A stretch of 64,000 bases of DNA from Octopus sinensis (taxonomy: Eukaryota): contig NC_043000.1 in the NCBI RefSeq assembly GCF_006345805.1, forward strand, positions 85,064,001 through 85,128,000. Reading direction: 5' to 3'. The translations under genes and the position numbers were made by a program. Each line of letters opens with the position of its first letter. The stretch's first letter is position 1. Positions 40,469 to 52,028 of this stretch are shown here, in pieces. Below the pieces are notes generated by a model. That model saw only the letters and a program-made list of their open reading frames with translations, was not told the DNA's origin and did no database searches.

Positions 40469-41699
40469 TACGTAACTTAAATTAATTGTTGCTAATTTAG
40501 GCATAAAGCCAGCAGCTTTAAGGTGAGGGTACTAGTTGATTAGTTCGATCCCAGTTCTTGACTTTTGCTATAGTTCATCGATTCGGGGTGTGGATGAAAG
40601 GCAATTTGACCGATTTGTGGGGTTCGAACTTAAGATGTAAAGAGCTGGAAAAAATTACCCAAGGCATTTTATCCGATACTCTACTAAACTTTCCTGGAGA
40701 AGATTTCTTCATGAAAGACATTCTAGTTAAAGGAGAGGCTGACATATTTAATACAGTGAATCAAAACAATTAATTAATTAAAATCATACTCGTACTGAAG
40801 AGAACTTTTTTCGTTTTACTTCTTATTCTTATAAGATGAAGCCAAGAGAAACAACTCCGTAATGCAAAAGTATTAAATTGTGAAGTTTACAGCCTTTTTG
40901 ACAACTGAAACTAAAAGATTAATATGTCTCTTATGTTTTTGATCCTCTGAATGACATAACGAAAAATAAAGATGGTGGGTTTAACCAGGGTCGTCTTCGT
41001 GGTATTATTGCCCACGGACAAATCAATGCACTGGATCCGATAGAATTTATTTATTGACAACGAGCCACAACACATACAGATCAGAAGTGGACCCCTAGAC
41101 CTGCTCAGTAGGCCATGTTAAGCTGGAAAATTAGTTGTTCGCCATGCAAGCGTGAAGCAGAATGTCCATGGTGTAGTCTGTCCAAAAGAATCTATATCTA
41201 CTCTGTTACTTCCTTATAGAGTAATTATATCCTTTGCACTTTGCTATTTTGTTGGCTTTTTTTTTTTAGTATTCTCGAACAGTTTCCATAACCCATTACC
41301 ACCACACTGAAGCAGACCACTGTGTTATCTCTGAATTGTATTTTATATTTTATGTTATCTTTGTTCAGATTCAAATAAATACCCATAGTTATATAGAGAT
41401 ATTTGTTGAACCACCCACTAAAACTTGTTGGTGTTTCAGTTTTGGGTCTAACATTTTATGACCGGCCACTTGGCCATTACCATACACTGAGCTGATAATA
41501 AAATGCTGCTCGAATGTCCATCAACTCAATTTTCAAGGCCCTATAAAGCCTTGGTGTACCTCTTCCCGCAATTTTCAACAGTATCCTTCTTTAAATGTAT
41601 GAACCCTTTTTATAGTTCTCAGTTCCCAATTTTCATCAGTGCCCCCTTTAAATGTTCCAGGGTCCTATAAGGGGCATATCACCCTATTATCATTGACTG

Positions 41700-42100
41700 A
41701 TCTACATGAAGGTGTAATGTTCATGGCCATCGCGAGTGCACCGAAACCGGTGAGATCGACACGATGGAAGTTCTGATCAGTTGCAAATTGATGGAAATAG
41801 AGAAATCATGGCCGGCAGAAATGAAATTCCAGAGGGTTGAAATGCTGAGAAGGAAGGATTGGAAACTTTAGTGATTAGTGCAAGCCCTAAAGGATGGACA
41901 CAATATGGGAGATGAGTGAATCGAGACAGTCTGATTGGAGATAGTAGGAGAACAGCTAGTTCCGGCAGGAGTAGTGATAGTAAGGGTAAAAATAAGAAGG
42001 CAACAGGGTCAGAAATGAAAATGGTTGGTGAGCGATTTCATACTAAACAACCAGGTGGCCTCTTTTTCAGCGCAATGTCAGTTCTGGATCAATATAGTCA
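41700..42100 (-). mobile_element. LINE 3' end (CR1/L2/Jockey-like), degenerate
   Basis: Minus-strand relic ...SFQSFLLSISTLWN...SINLQLIRTSI resembles the SF......LWN.L...NL..FK C-terminus. Confidence 0.4.
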
Positions 42101-42246
42101 ATAACATCGCAGATATAGAAATTATATATTTAAAAGACTTTAAAAAAGTACTAGCGTTGATTTATTAGTCTATAAAAATTCTTGAAGGCGGTGCATCAGT
42201 ATGACCACCTTCTAGTGAGTGAAACAAATAAAAGATAATATATATA

Positions 42247-42288
<42 letters not shown>

Positions 42289-42315
42289 AAATTACATAGA
42301 GAAGTTCATCATAAA

Positions 42316-42369
<54 letters not shown>

Positions 42370-42384
42370 TGTGTGTGTGTATGT

Positions 42385-42428
<44 letters not shown>

Positions 42429-43017
42429 CAGCGTTTACAAATAACACGGAAAAAATAAATAAACAGTTACCAGGTTAGCAAAAATTCACACAAGTAACAA
42501 GGATGTAACATCCCATTTATAAAGGTAGCAACTCCAGATTTAGGTGAAATGTTTTGTATAATATAGGTGAATAAATAAATGGAGTTCAACGCAGATGCTA
42601 TACAAATTCTTTTACTTCCGACACATGTTTCGAAGACAACATTGGTATTATTCCAGAGGAATAAAATGTTGTAAAACAATGTAATCTTCTCATCAGAGAA
42701 AGAAAGAAACCAAACACATCAATAAGACATTTTAGCAGAATGTGATGACTGCATATATGATGAAGGGAACGCTATCAAGTTTTTTTTTAAACCGTTAGCA
42801 GATATAACGTCAAAGGTAGTCTATAGAAAGAGAAGGAAGAGAAAGAAAGGAATTAGCAGAAAACTAATAATGGAGAGATATAGTGCTATAGGTGAATTAG
42901 AATTTGAATAACACCTGCGTTTAACTCCACTTATTTATTTATATATATGTATATGTGTGTGTGTACGTACATATATATATACATATATATATATATGTAT
43001 ATATATGTGTATATATA

Positions 43018-43090
<73 letters not shown>

Positions 43091-43143
43091 GTACATATAT
43101 GTATATATATATACATATATAGATATAGATACACACACACATA

Positions 43144-43195
<52 letters not shown>

Positions 43196-43199
43196 ATAT

Positions 43200-43250
<51 letters not shown>

Positions 43251-43372
43251 AATCTATGTTTCAGGTGTGCCGTTTGTATTCTTAGTAGCTAATTAAGGAA
43301 GAATTGATTCCCGGCAAATACTTCATCCTATGTGTTATAGAACGGTACCATTATTTTAATCTATTTAACATA

Positions 43373-44263
43373 CGTGGTTTGATCAATAAGTATCTGGACT
43401 GTTGCCATAGTAACGAAGCTAGAGCACGCAGAGCGAAGCTGCTTGGCACAGATTGACCTTCAACTCTGCTGTGCATGCACACTAGGTTTCATCATTCTAG
43501 CTCACTTCCGCTGTTTACAACAGTGCTTGGAAGCTGTGTAGCGTGTGATCGTTGCATTGACCATGACGGAAAAAGTTGAGCAGAGAGTCTGCATCAAATT
43601 TTTCCAAAAGCTTGGAGATACCTGCTCGGAGGTCTACGCAAAGTTTTCAAAAAGTTTTCATCGTTCTCGATACAATCAAGGACATTTTGTGCAACTGAAA
43701 CTTTAGTGTCTTTTGGGACAGCTGAAAGCAGTTTAGGCTCAAACTTGGTAGACACACGTCTCATAACCAAATCTTCAGTGATAATGGACTGAACTGAACC
43801 ATCACTAATCTGCACATCTTCTGAAAAGTCACGGATAGTGATTCGACGATTTCCCGTCACAGCTGCACCCACATCTGCGATGTTTTTCTCAGTTCTGCTG
43901 GTTACGGGTCTCCCTGGACGTTCGTCAGTATCAACATTTTTTCGACCATCACGAAAACGTCTGAACCACTCGTACACTTGTGTGTAGCTCATACAACCCA
44001 CTTCATACACTTTCTGCAACTTTACGCAGGTCGCTGAACAGGTATCGCCATGACAACTTTCTCTGTCACGGTCAATATGACGATCATACGCTACACTCCT
44101 TCCTTCCAAGCACTGCTTTAAACAGCGGAAGTGGGCTGGAAAGATTAAACTTAGTGCGCATGTACTACAGAGGGTAAGGTCAATCTTTGCCAAGCGGCTT
44201 TACTCTGCGTTCTTTAGCTTAGTTACTATAACAACAGTTCGGATATTTATTGATCAGACCTCG
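43373..44263. mobile_element. Non-autonomous mariner made of two inverted 5' ends
   Basis: TA-flanked ends CG(T/A)GGT(T/C)TGATCAATAA(G/A)TATC..ACTGTTG; both arms run into the transposase start; the minus arm continues to MSYTQVYEWFRRFRDGRKNVDTDERPGRP...MRRVSTKFEPKLL. Confidence 0.85.
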
Positions 44264-44397
44264 TAGACAAATTTTAGCAGATGTCTTGTGACACTTCTAA
44301 CTTAGTTTATACTCTTTTATAGCCTTAGTTTTTCTGACAGCTGTCTCACTTAATACATTGTCGCAAATATATTGTGCACTAATAGTTTATGCCTGAC

Positions 44398-44451
<54 letters not shown>

Positions 44452-44503
44452 AAACAAACAAACACACACACGCATACTTTATATATACACTTGTATATAT
44501 ATA

Positions 44504-44875
44504 TGTATGTCATTATTCAGTTTGATTTCAAGATTTCTCGCCAATAGGGAAAGAGCCGGTTTCTAACCTAAATCCAAGGCTCCTTCACTAGAATCTCAAC
44601 ATCAACAGGGTATTTTTGTATGTATGTATGTATGTATGTATGTATGTATGTATGTATGTATGTATGTATGCATGTATGTATGTATGTATTATGTATGTAT
44701 GTATGTATGTATGTATGTATGTATGTATGTATGTATGTATAAATATATATGTATGTATGTATGTATTTGTGTAAATTTGTATGTTTTGTTTCATGTATGT
44801 ATTCTCATACATATACTTGCATATATAGACATGTTCTTGTATACTTAAATGATAAACTTCTGGAGAGTTTTACAG
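44504..44875 (+). repeat. Dispersed repeat with internal (TATG)n, copy 1
   Basis: gtcattattcagttt.atttcaagatt...ggtttctaacc...caaggc.ccttca...(TATG)n...cttaaatgat.aacttc; inverted copy at 50248-50579. Confidence 0.8.
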
Positions 44876-45149
44876 ATTTTTACAACTCTATGTGTGGCTT
44901 GGATCTGTAGTCTTGGAATCAACTTTCCCCTTTCTGGTTTTCAGAAGCCTACTTTCTCAAGATTGATAATTCGGTAATATGTATGTATGTACGTATGCAT
45001 GCATACACGGATGAGTGACCAAACGAAAGAAAGTAGCACTTCACACATTTAATAACAACCAGATTCAGCTCTACATTACTTAAAGTTTCGTTGCCGTGTA
45101 GAACGAAATGGAGGCCTCCTCCTTCTCGTTCACAACAGTAAGATTATAT

Positions 45150-45595
45150 ATATATAAATAATATATAAATATATGCATATAGACATACATATATGTACAC
45201 ACCTACATATATATGTATATATACATGCATATATACATACATATATGTACACACCTACATATATATGTATATATACATGCATATATGGGTACAGAACATT
45301 AAAAAAAACGGATATAATGAGAAATGAGAACATTAAAAAAAAAAACATAGAAAACGAACTTTCTTTGAACAACGAAAGAAACAGAGAAACGAGACAGACA
45401 ACATATTGAACATTCCCTTCATCAGTTGTCCCCTGTTTTGAAGGGAATGTCCTTTACGTTGCCTCGTTTTCTATGTTTTTATTTTTTCATGTTCCCGTTT
45501 CTCAGTTTGTCTATGATTTTTATGTCCTGTACCCATATATGCATATTTATGTAGGTATGTACATATATGTATATATGCATATATTTATGTATTAT
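45150..45595. repeat. Foldback element of about 445 bp
   Basis: Arms meet at acattcccttc (45410-45420) / gaagggaatgt (45440-45450); outer arms match, e.g. gcatatatgggtacag.acat and acatagaaaacga. Confidence 0.8.
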
Positions 45596-45905
45596 TTATA
45601 TTATTATATGATCGAACGCCACACATCCATTTCCAAGTAAGTTTTATAAATATATATATATATATATATATCAGGATAAGATCGTTAATTTAAAAATAAA
45701 ATAACGATTTTACCAAGTGGTCAGCATGGAAAAAATAACCTTCAAAGGTAATAATTATTAAAATTATAAATTAGGGTATCTACGAGATACAACCATGCTG
45801 AAAATAGCAGCCATGATCCGACTCTAAAACCACCTTAATTCTCCATATATCAACACGGAGATAAAACGAATAGACAAGATGTAACTAGTAAAAAATTACT
45901 GCATA

Positions 45906-45963
45906 ATTCTAGATCCGGATTTCTGACTTTGCATTTATGAATGCTTTGCCTCGTCAGTAGAAT
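45906..45963 (-). ncRNA. Minimal type-I hammerhead-like motif (mirror copy)
   Basis: Exact reverse complement of 46502-46559. Confidence 0.65.
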
Positions 45964-46501
45964 AAACACAGAAGATAAACATAAGTACATATATATATAA
46001 ATACAACATACGAATACTTACATATACGAACGTATACCTACACATATATGCACGTATGCATCATGGCCAGTTCAAAATGCCCGCCGCTTAATTCCATGTG
46101 AGATATGGTCAAAATATCGCCGCAGTAAATACAGTGACGAAACAAATTTAAATTTATATAAATAAGAATAAGATAGTTAATTTTAAAATAAAATAACGAC
46201 TTTACCAAGTGGTCAGCATGGAAAAAATAACCTTCAAAAGAAATCATTATTAAAATTATAAATTAGGGTATCTACGAGATACCACCATGCTGAAAATAGC
46301 AACCATGATCCGATTCTAAAACCACTTTAATTGTCCATATAACAACACGGAGAGAAAACAAAGAGACAAGATGAAACTAGTAAACAATTTTGAACTGGCC
46401 ATGATGCATACGTGCATATATGTGTAGGTATACGTTCGTATATGTAAGTATTCGAATGTTGTATTTATATATATATGTATTTATGTTTATCTTCTGTGTG
46501 T

Positions 46502-46559
46502 ATTCTACTGACGAGGCAAAGCATTCATAAATGCAAAGTCAGAAATCCGGATCTAGAAT
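46502..46559 (+). ncRNA. Minimal type-I hammerhead-like motif
   Basis: ATTCTA-CTGACGA-GGC(AAA)GCATT(CATA)AATGC(AAA)GTC-A-GAA-ATCCGGAT-C^TAGAAT: perfect 6-bp helix I, palindromic helix III, AUC site, one extra A before GAAA. Confidence 0.65.
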
Positions 46560-46789
46560 TATGCAGTAATTTTTTACTAGTTTCATATTGTCTTTTTGTT
46601 TTCTCTCCGTGTTGATATATGGACAATTAAGGTGGTTTTAGAGTCGGATCATGGCTACTATTTTCAGCATGGTGGTATCTCGTAGATACCCTAATTTATA
46701 ATTATATATATATATTGTTATACTTGGGGATGGTCATATTTTACCAATTAAACACACGTACTATATATTTGGTCTTCACTTTAACCTTT

Positions 46790-46808
46790 ATTATTATTAT
46801 TATTATTA

Positions 46809-46857
<49 letters not shown>
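46790..46857. repeat. (ATT)n microsatellite
   Basis: Directly visible. Confidence 0.95.
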
Positions 46858-46859
<2 letters not shown>

Positions 46860-47052
46860 TTAGCTTCTTTGTCAAAGCTCTTTCATCACTCATCCTGTGA
46901 CCTTTTCGACGATTCTTGTTCTGCTTATTCTAGTTTGTCCCTCTGTGGAAAGACAAAATGGAATAAGCAAATCTAGAGGAGACAGGTGAGATAGAGAGTC
47001 GCTGAAACGGTCACAGGGTGTGTCACGAAAGAGCTTTGACAAAGAAACTAAA
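46858..47052. mobile_element. Short foldback with degenerate outward-facing hammerhead relics
   Basis: tttagcttctttgtcaaagctctttc...gtgacc is mirrored by ggtcaca...gaaagagctttgacaaagaaactaaa; central stem tgcttattc..tttgtc/gacaaa..gaataagca; same family as 49226-49599. Confidence 0.75.
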
Positions 47053-47054
47053 AT

Positions 47055-47069
47055 AATAATGATGATGAT

Positions 47070-47102
<33 letters not shown>

Positions 47103-47139
47103 TGATGATGATGATGATGATGAGATGATGATGATGATG

Positions 47140-47205
<66 letters not shown>
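47055..47205. repeat. (GAT)n-(AAT)n microsatellite
   Basis: Directly visible. Confidence 0.95.
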
Positions 47206-48031
47206 GGTTTCATCCTGGCTGCTCAAGATCAAAGCCTATTAACCCGGAACTACCAGGCCAATGTGATGAAAAATGGAGCAGACCCAAAATGCCGATTCTG
47301 CAACGACATGATTGAAACAGTGGACCACCTAATCTCTGGATTAAAGTCTTAGCACCATTGGAGTATAAATTAAGACATGACAGAGTTGGCCAATAATCTA
47401 CACTGGCTAATAAGTCGGCATTACAATATCAAAACTGCCGACAAGTGGTATAATCACCACCCTGAAGCTGTAACTGAAGGAGAAAATGTAACGATTCTGT
47501 GGACTTTCCAGTACATACAGACCGAACCATCAAAGCCAATAAACCGGATATTGTTGTGAAAGACCAAAACAATAAAGTTTGCTTATTGATCGACATGAGC
47601 ATCCCCTGTGATCATAATATCTCGGCGAAGAGTTTGACAAGCTCAGAAAATATAAAGACCTGCTCATTGAAATTGAGAAAATGTGGCATCTCAAGGCGGT
47701 TACAATACCAGTGATCGTAGGAGCACTAGGAATGATCAAGAAGGGAACCGAAAATTATATGAGAATGATCCCTGGCTTACCATCCCTGCAAGAAGTGCAA
47801 AAGATTGTTTTAACTGGTACATCACACGTATTGAGAAGATCATTGTCGATGTGAGAACTATTACTACCCATGTATTTTAATTTAACTTTTTAAAAAAATG
47901 AACGAACTAGTGAGTTTAGTTTAATGGCCTACCAATGTATACTATGAGTTCCTTTGCCCTAGGAGTCAGGAAGACACTCGGCAAGAAATGGAAGCAAATT
48001 TGAAAGAAGAAAAAAAAGATAATAATAATAA
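47206..48031 (+). mobile_element. 5'-truncated R4/Dong-like LINE (zinc knuckle plus restriction-like endonuclease, 3' UTR)
   Basis: GFILAAQDQSL...KCRFCNDMIETVDHLISG / RHD / WYNHHP / RTIKANKPDIVVKD...LIDMSIPCD / VIVGALG; frameshifted; stop at 47852-47854; (AAT)n at both junctions. Confidence 0.85.
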
Positions 48032-48407
48032 AGCTGAAGTGAAGTCCAAATACACAGTACGTGTGTTTAATTGGTAAAATTTTACCATCCCCAAGTATAA
48101 TAATATCTGTTTCAAAACAACATTTCACATCAAGAATCTTGCAAACCAAATACATAAACGTATGAGGGAGTGAGAAGTATACATGGCGTGAGGTGGAGGA
48201 AAAGGAGAGAGAAAAAGAGGATAAGGCGATTAGTGAGACAGAAAGAGGGAGAAAGAAAACGAGGGAGAGAAAAGCGTCCATAACGTGAGGTAGGGGTAGG
48301 CAATATCTATTACGTGGTTAAAAAGTTAGTTGAAGGCAGAGGAAGAGAGTTAAAAATATAATTTTAGCAGAGGTGTGACGTTCTAATGGTGAGGTTAATG
48401 AAAGGCA

Positions 48408-48528
48408 CAGAGAGAGAGAGAGGAGAGAGAGAAAGAGAGGGTAGGGAGAGCGAGAGAGGAGAGAGAGGGGAGGGAGAGAGAGAGGAGGGAGAGAGAGAGG
48501 AGGGAGGGAGAAAGAGGAGGGAGAGAGA
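48408..48528. repeat. (AG/GGA)n purine-rich tract
   Basis: Directly visible. Confidence 0.9.
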
Positions 48529-48669
48529 GATGATGTTGGTGTGGGGACATGGAGGTGGTGGTGATTGGACTTTATATCATCTATCATTTAACGCATGCGT
48601 ATAAGTGCAATTCCGTGAAATATTCACGTTTATTTACATGGCAGATATTCTTTTATTCTATTTTATTCT

Positions 48670-49040
<371 letters not shown>

Positions 49041-49225
49041 CGACTATCTTTCCATACAGTCACCACAACACAGGCTGGCTACGCTTTCATGTTTTTGGGA
49101 GAAAGTTTTCAGAAATAACCCAATAGGTTTACTATTAATTCCGTGAAATATTCACGGGTCCCGCTAGTATTTATGAATTTGTATTGCATGACTCCTGATG
49201 TGAAGTCATGTGTTGAAACATATTG

Positions 49226-49598
49226 TTGTATTTCGGGAGGATCATTTTTTTGTGCCAAATAAACACACGCATTATATATTCGTTCTTTAGTCGTTTGTTG
49301 CTGTTCTTGTTTTAATTCATGCCCATTCTTCGAAAATCTTTCATCACACATCTGTGACCCCTACAGCGACACTTTTCGTCTTCGTATGTGCTACTTCTCC
49401 GCTTAGCCCATTCTAAATAGACTAAGCGGAGCAGGAGCACTCACGATAACGAAAAGTGTCGCTGAAGAGGTCACAGATGTGTGACGAAAGATTTCAGGAC
49501 AATGGACATGAGTTAAAATAAGAACAATAATAAACGAGTGAAGAACGAATATATAGTCCGTGTGTTTATTTGAAAAAAAATTACCCTCCCGAAATACA

Positions 49599-49599
<1 letters not shown>
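49226..49599. mobile_element. 374-bp foldback element with a hammerhead-like motif in each arm
   Basis: ttgtatttcgggagg...ctccgcttag (49226-49406) is mirrored by ctaagcggag...cctcccgaaatacaa (49422-49599); 15-nt loop; (TA)n follows the right arm. Confidence 0.85.
49457..49500 (+). ncRNA. Minimal hammerhead-like motif (right arm)
   Basis: TGTCG-CTGAAGA-G-GTCACA(GATG)TGTGAC-GAAA-GATTTC: intact core and perfect 6-bp helix II; helices III and I degenerate. Confidence 0.55.
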
Positions 49600-49629
<30 letters not shown>

Positions 49630-49630
<1 letters not shown>

Positions 49631-49771
49631 CAGTTTGCAACCACGGCGTACTGGGATCAGTCCCACTGCGTGGCACCTTAAGCGAGTGACTTCTACTATA
49701 GCCATGAGCAGACAAATGCCTTGTGGGTGAATTCCGTAGACAGAAACTGCGTTGAAACCTATCGCGTGTGT

Positions 49772-49802
<31 letters not shown>

Positions 49803-50110
49803 GTGTGTGTGTGTGTGTTTGTGTGTGTGTGAGTGAGTGAGTGAGTGAGTGAGTGAGTGAGTGAGTGAGTGAGTGAGTGAGTGAGTGGGAGAGTGAGTGA
49901 GTGAGTGGGTGAGTGAGTGAGTGAGTGAGTGAGTGAGTGAGTGAGTGAGTGAGTGAGTGAGTGAGTATGTATTTGAGTTTGCCCCTACCCCACAATTGGT
50001 GGTTGTTTAAGTGAACCAGCGCTTCGGCAACGGAGACCGAGAGAATAGATATTGAACTTCAAAAGATAAGTACTGAAGTCGATTTTTCGACTAAAATCCT
50101 TCGAAACGGT
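49630..50110 (+). mobile_element. SINE family A, degenerate, with internal (TG)n-(GAGT)n
   Basis: cagtcccactgcgtggcacctt...cttctactatagcc body, internal tract, then the gagaccga..gaatag tail. Confidence 0.7.
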
Positions 50111-50247
50111 GCCTAATTATGGCGGAAAGAAAGAAAGAAAGAAAGAAAGAAAGAAGAAAGAAAGAAAGAAAGAAAGATGGATGGATGGATGGATGGATGG
50201 ACGAACGGACATAAGTAAATACTTACTTACATACATGCATACATACA

Positions 50248-50431
50248 CTGTAAAATTTTCCTGAAGTTAATCATTTAAGCATATACCAGCATGTCTAGAT
50301 ATGCAACTATATGCATGAGAATACATACGCGTACATAAAACAGTCTATACAAATCTGCACACATACATGCATGCATACATACATACATACATACATACAT
50401 ACATACATACATACATACATACATACATACA

Positions 50432-50463
<32 letters not shown>

Positions 50464-50579
50464 AAAATACACTCTTGATGTTGTTCAAATTCCAATGAAG
50501 GGGCCTTGGCTCTCGGTTAGAAACCAGCTCTTTCTCTATTGGCAAACAATCTTGAAATAAAACTGAATAATGACATACA
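50248..50579 (-). repeat. Dispersed repeat with internal (TATG)n, copy 2
   Basis: Reverse complement aligns with 44504-44875. Confidence 0.8.
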
Positions 50580-51114
50580 TACATATTTTCTATGTAAGAT
50601 TACTTTTTTTCTAATTTTTATATGAGACCTTTGCATATTGTTTGTAACAATAATGTTCCTATATCTATCATCAACGTTTCTAGACTTTCACGTACCATGT
50701 GTAACAACTGCCTTTTAAAAACGAGCGAATATAATTTGTGTAGACTTTAATGCCAGAATGTAATTTATACAGATTTTATTTGAAATTTTAAATTGGATCG
50801 TTACATTTATGCATTGTCTGTTTGTTTATTTTAACATTGTGATGTTAAAATATGGTTTCATTAATAATCTTGAATTATGCTTCCATTTATAATCTCGTAT
50901 TTTTGTGGGAAATTCATTATAGTGGCGATGTATTGCACTCCTACGTTCCATCAACTTTGTTTTCTGGGTTCTTTGGGTTTTTTTTTTTTTGCAGTGTGCT
51001 ATAAATGCTCCTTGCAAATGCAGGATTGAAGTAAAACGTACTTCCTTGTATAATAAGTCACATACACATACTTATAAATGTGTGTGTGTGTGTGTGTGTG
51101 TGTATGTATATATA

Positions 51115-51146
<32 letters not shown>

Positions 51147-51214
51147 CGTATGTATGTATGCATGCATGTATTCAAAGTTATATAAAATAAAACAAACGAA
51201 ATGAATTTCCGAGT

Positions 51215-51316
51215 GTTGCTACATTTGTTTCGTTAAAGTTTGCATTTCGATGTAAGCATGATACACTTATTCAGGTTATGCATTACACTATGCAACAACT
51301 AAGCTCGTCAAGCAAC
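51215..51316 (-). ncRNA. Hammerhead-like motif with a long helix II insert
   Basis: Minus strand GTTGC-TTGACGA-G...C-GAA-ACAAATGT-A^GCAAC: perfect 5-bp helix I, C3->U, near-palindromic helix III, GUA site; microsatellite about 50 nt downstream. Confidence 0.45.
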
Positions 51317-51483
51317 TTCTCAAAACGGAGTGACACAATGACTTCTTAAGTAATCCATTGATTCTGAGCAAGGAGAATTACAAATGAAAATACCGATATT
51401 TATGATGTACATAATTAAATGAGTATGTGTGTGTGCGCGCGCGTGTGTGTCTAAAAACATATACACACATACAAGCATATATG

Positions 51484-51533
<50 letters not shown>

Positions 51534-51539
51534 TTTAAG

Positions 51540-51853
51540 TACGTAGAAATTCCGGATCTAGTAACTCAATATTTTTTTTACCAAAAAGGTATCTCCCATT
51601 GTTCTTTAAGTGCATAGTGCAAAAACTATTGGACAAAATCGATCCGAAAGGGTGGGGATCATAAATTTCCCAAAATATTTTCTTAAAATTCACTTCCACC
51701 TCATCTCGTCATTTGCAAGTGTTTGGTGAAAAAAAAATTGAAAATTCCTCGTCAAAACGGAGAAAATCCGGCTTATGTGGGAGTGCTATTCCGAAAGTCT
51801 GCTAAGACAGTTTTTGTGAAAATTGCCCGGCAATGACAGGATACTCAGCTAAT
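51540..51853 (+). mobile_element. Possible non-autonomous Helitron-like element 3' end
   Basis: Ends cccggcaatgacagga...cagctaat, resembling a GC hairpin followed by a CTAG-like terminus; weak. Confidence 0.3.
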
Positions 51854-51940
51854 ATATATATATATATAGACAGACAGATAGATATATAAAAATTTCTGTA
51901 TGCATGTATAAAAACACACACACACACACACACGTACACA

Positions 51941-52028
<88 letters not shown>

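Larger units (their letters stand above)
45676..46703. mobile_element. Direct-plus-inverted repeat composite (A-B-x-A-B'-A'), pseudo-LTR-like
   Basis: 45676-45892 is repeated directly at 46168-46384; 45762-46077 is inverted at 46388-46703; AT tracts at both outer ends. Confidence 0.85.

Noticed and set aside
41697-41758. Hammerhead-like helices (GATCT/AGATC, GGTGTA/TGCACC, ACCGGT)
   Set aside because: Core reads ACATGA and the cleavage base is G; it overlaps a LINE 3' end whose own stem-loop explains the pairing
45421-45430. CTGATGA at the centre of the 45150 foldback
   Set aside because: No GAAA plus palindrome partner found, so not called a hammerhead
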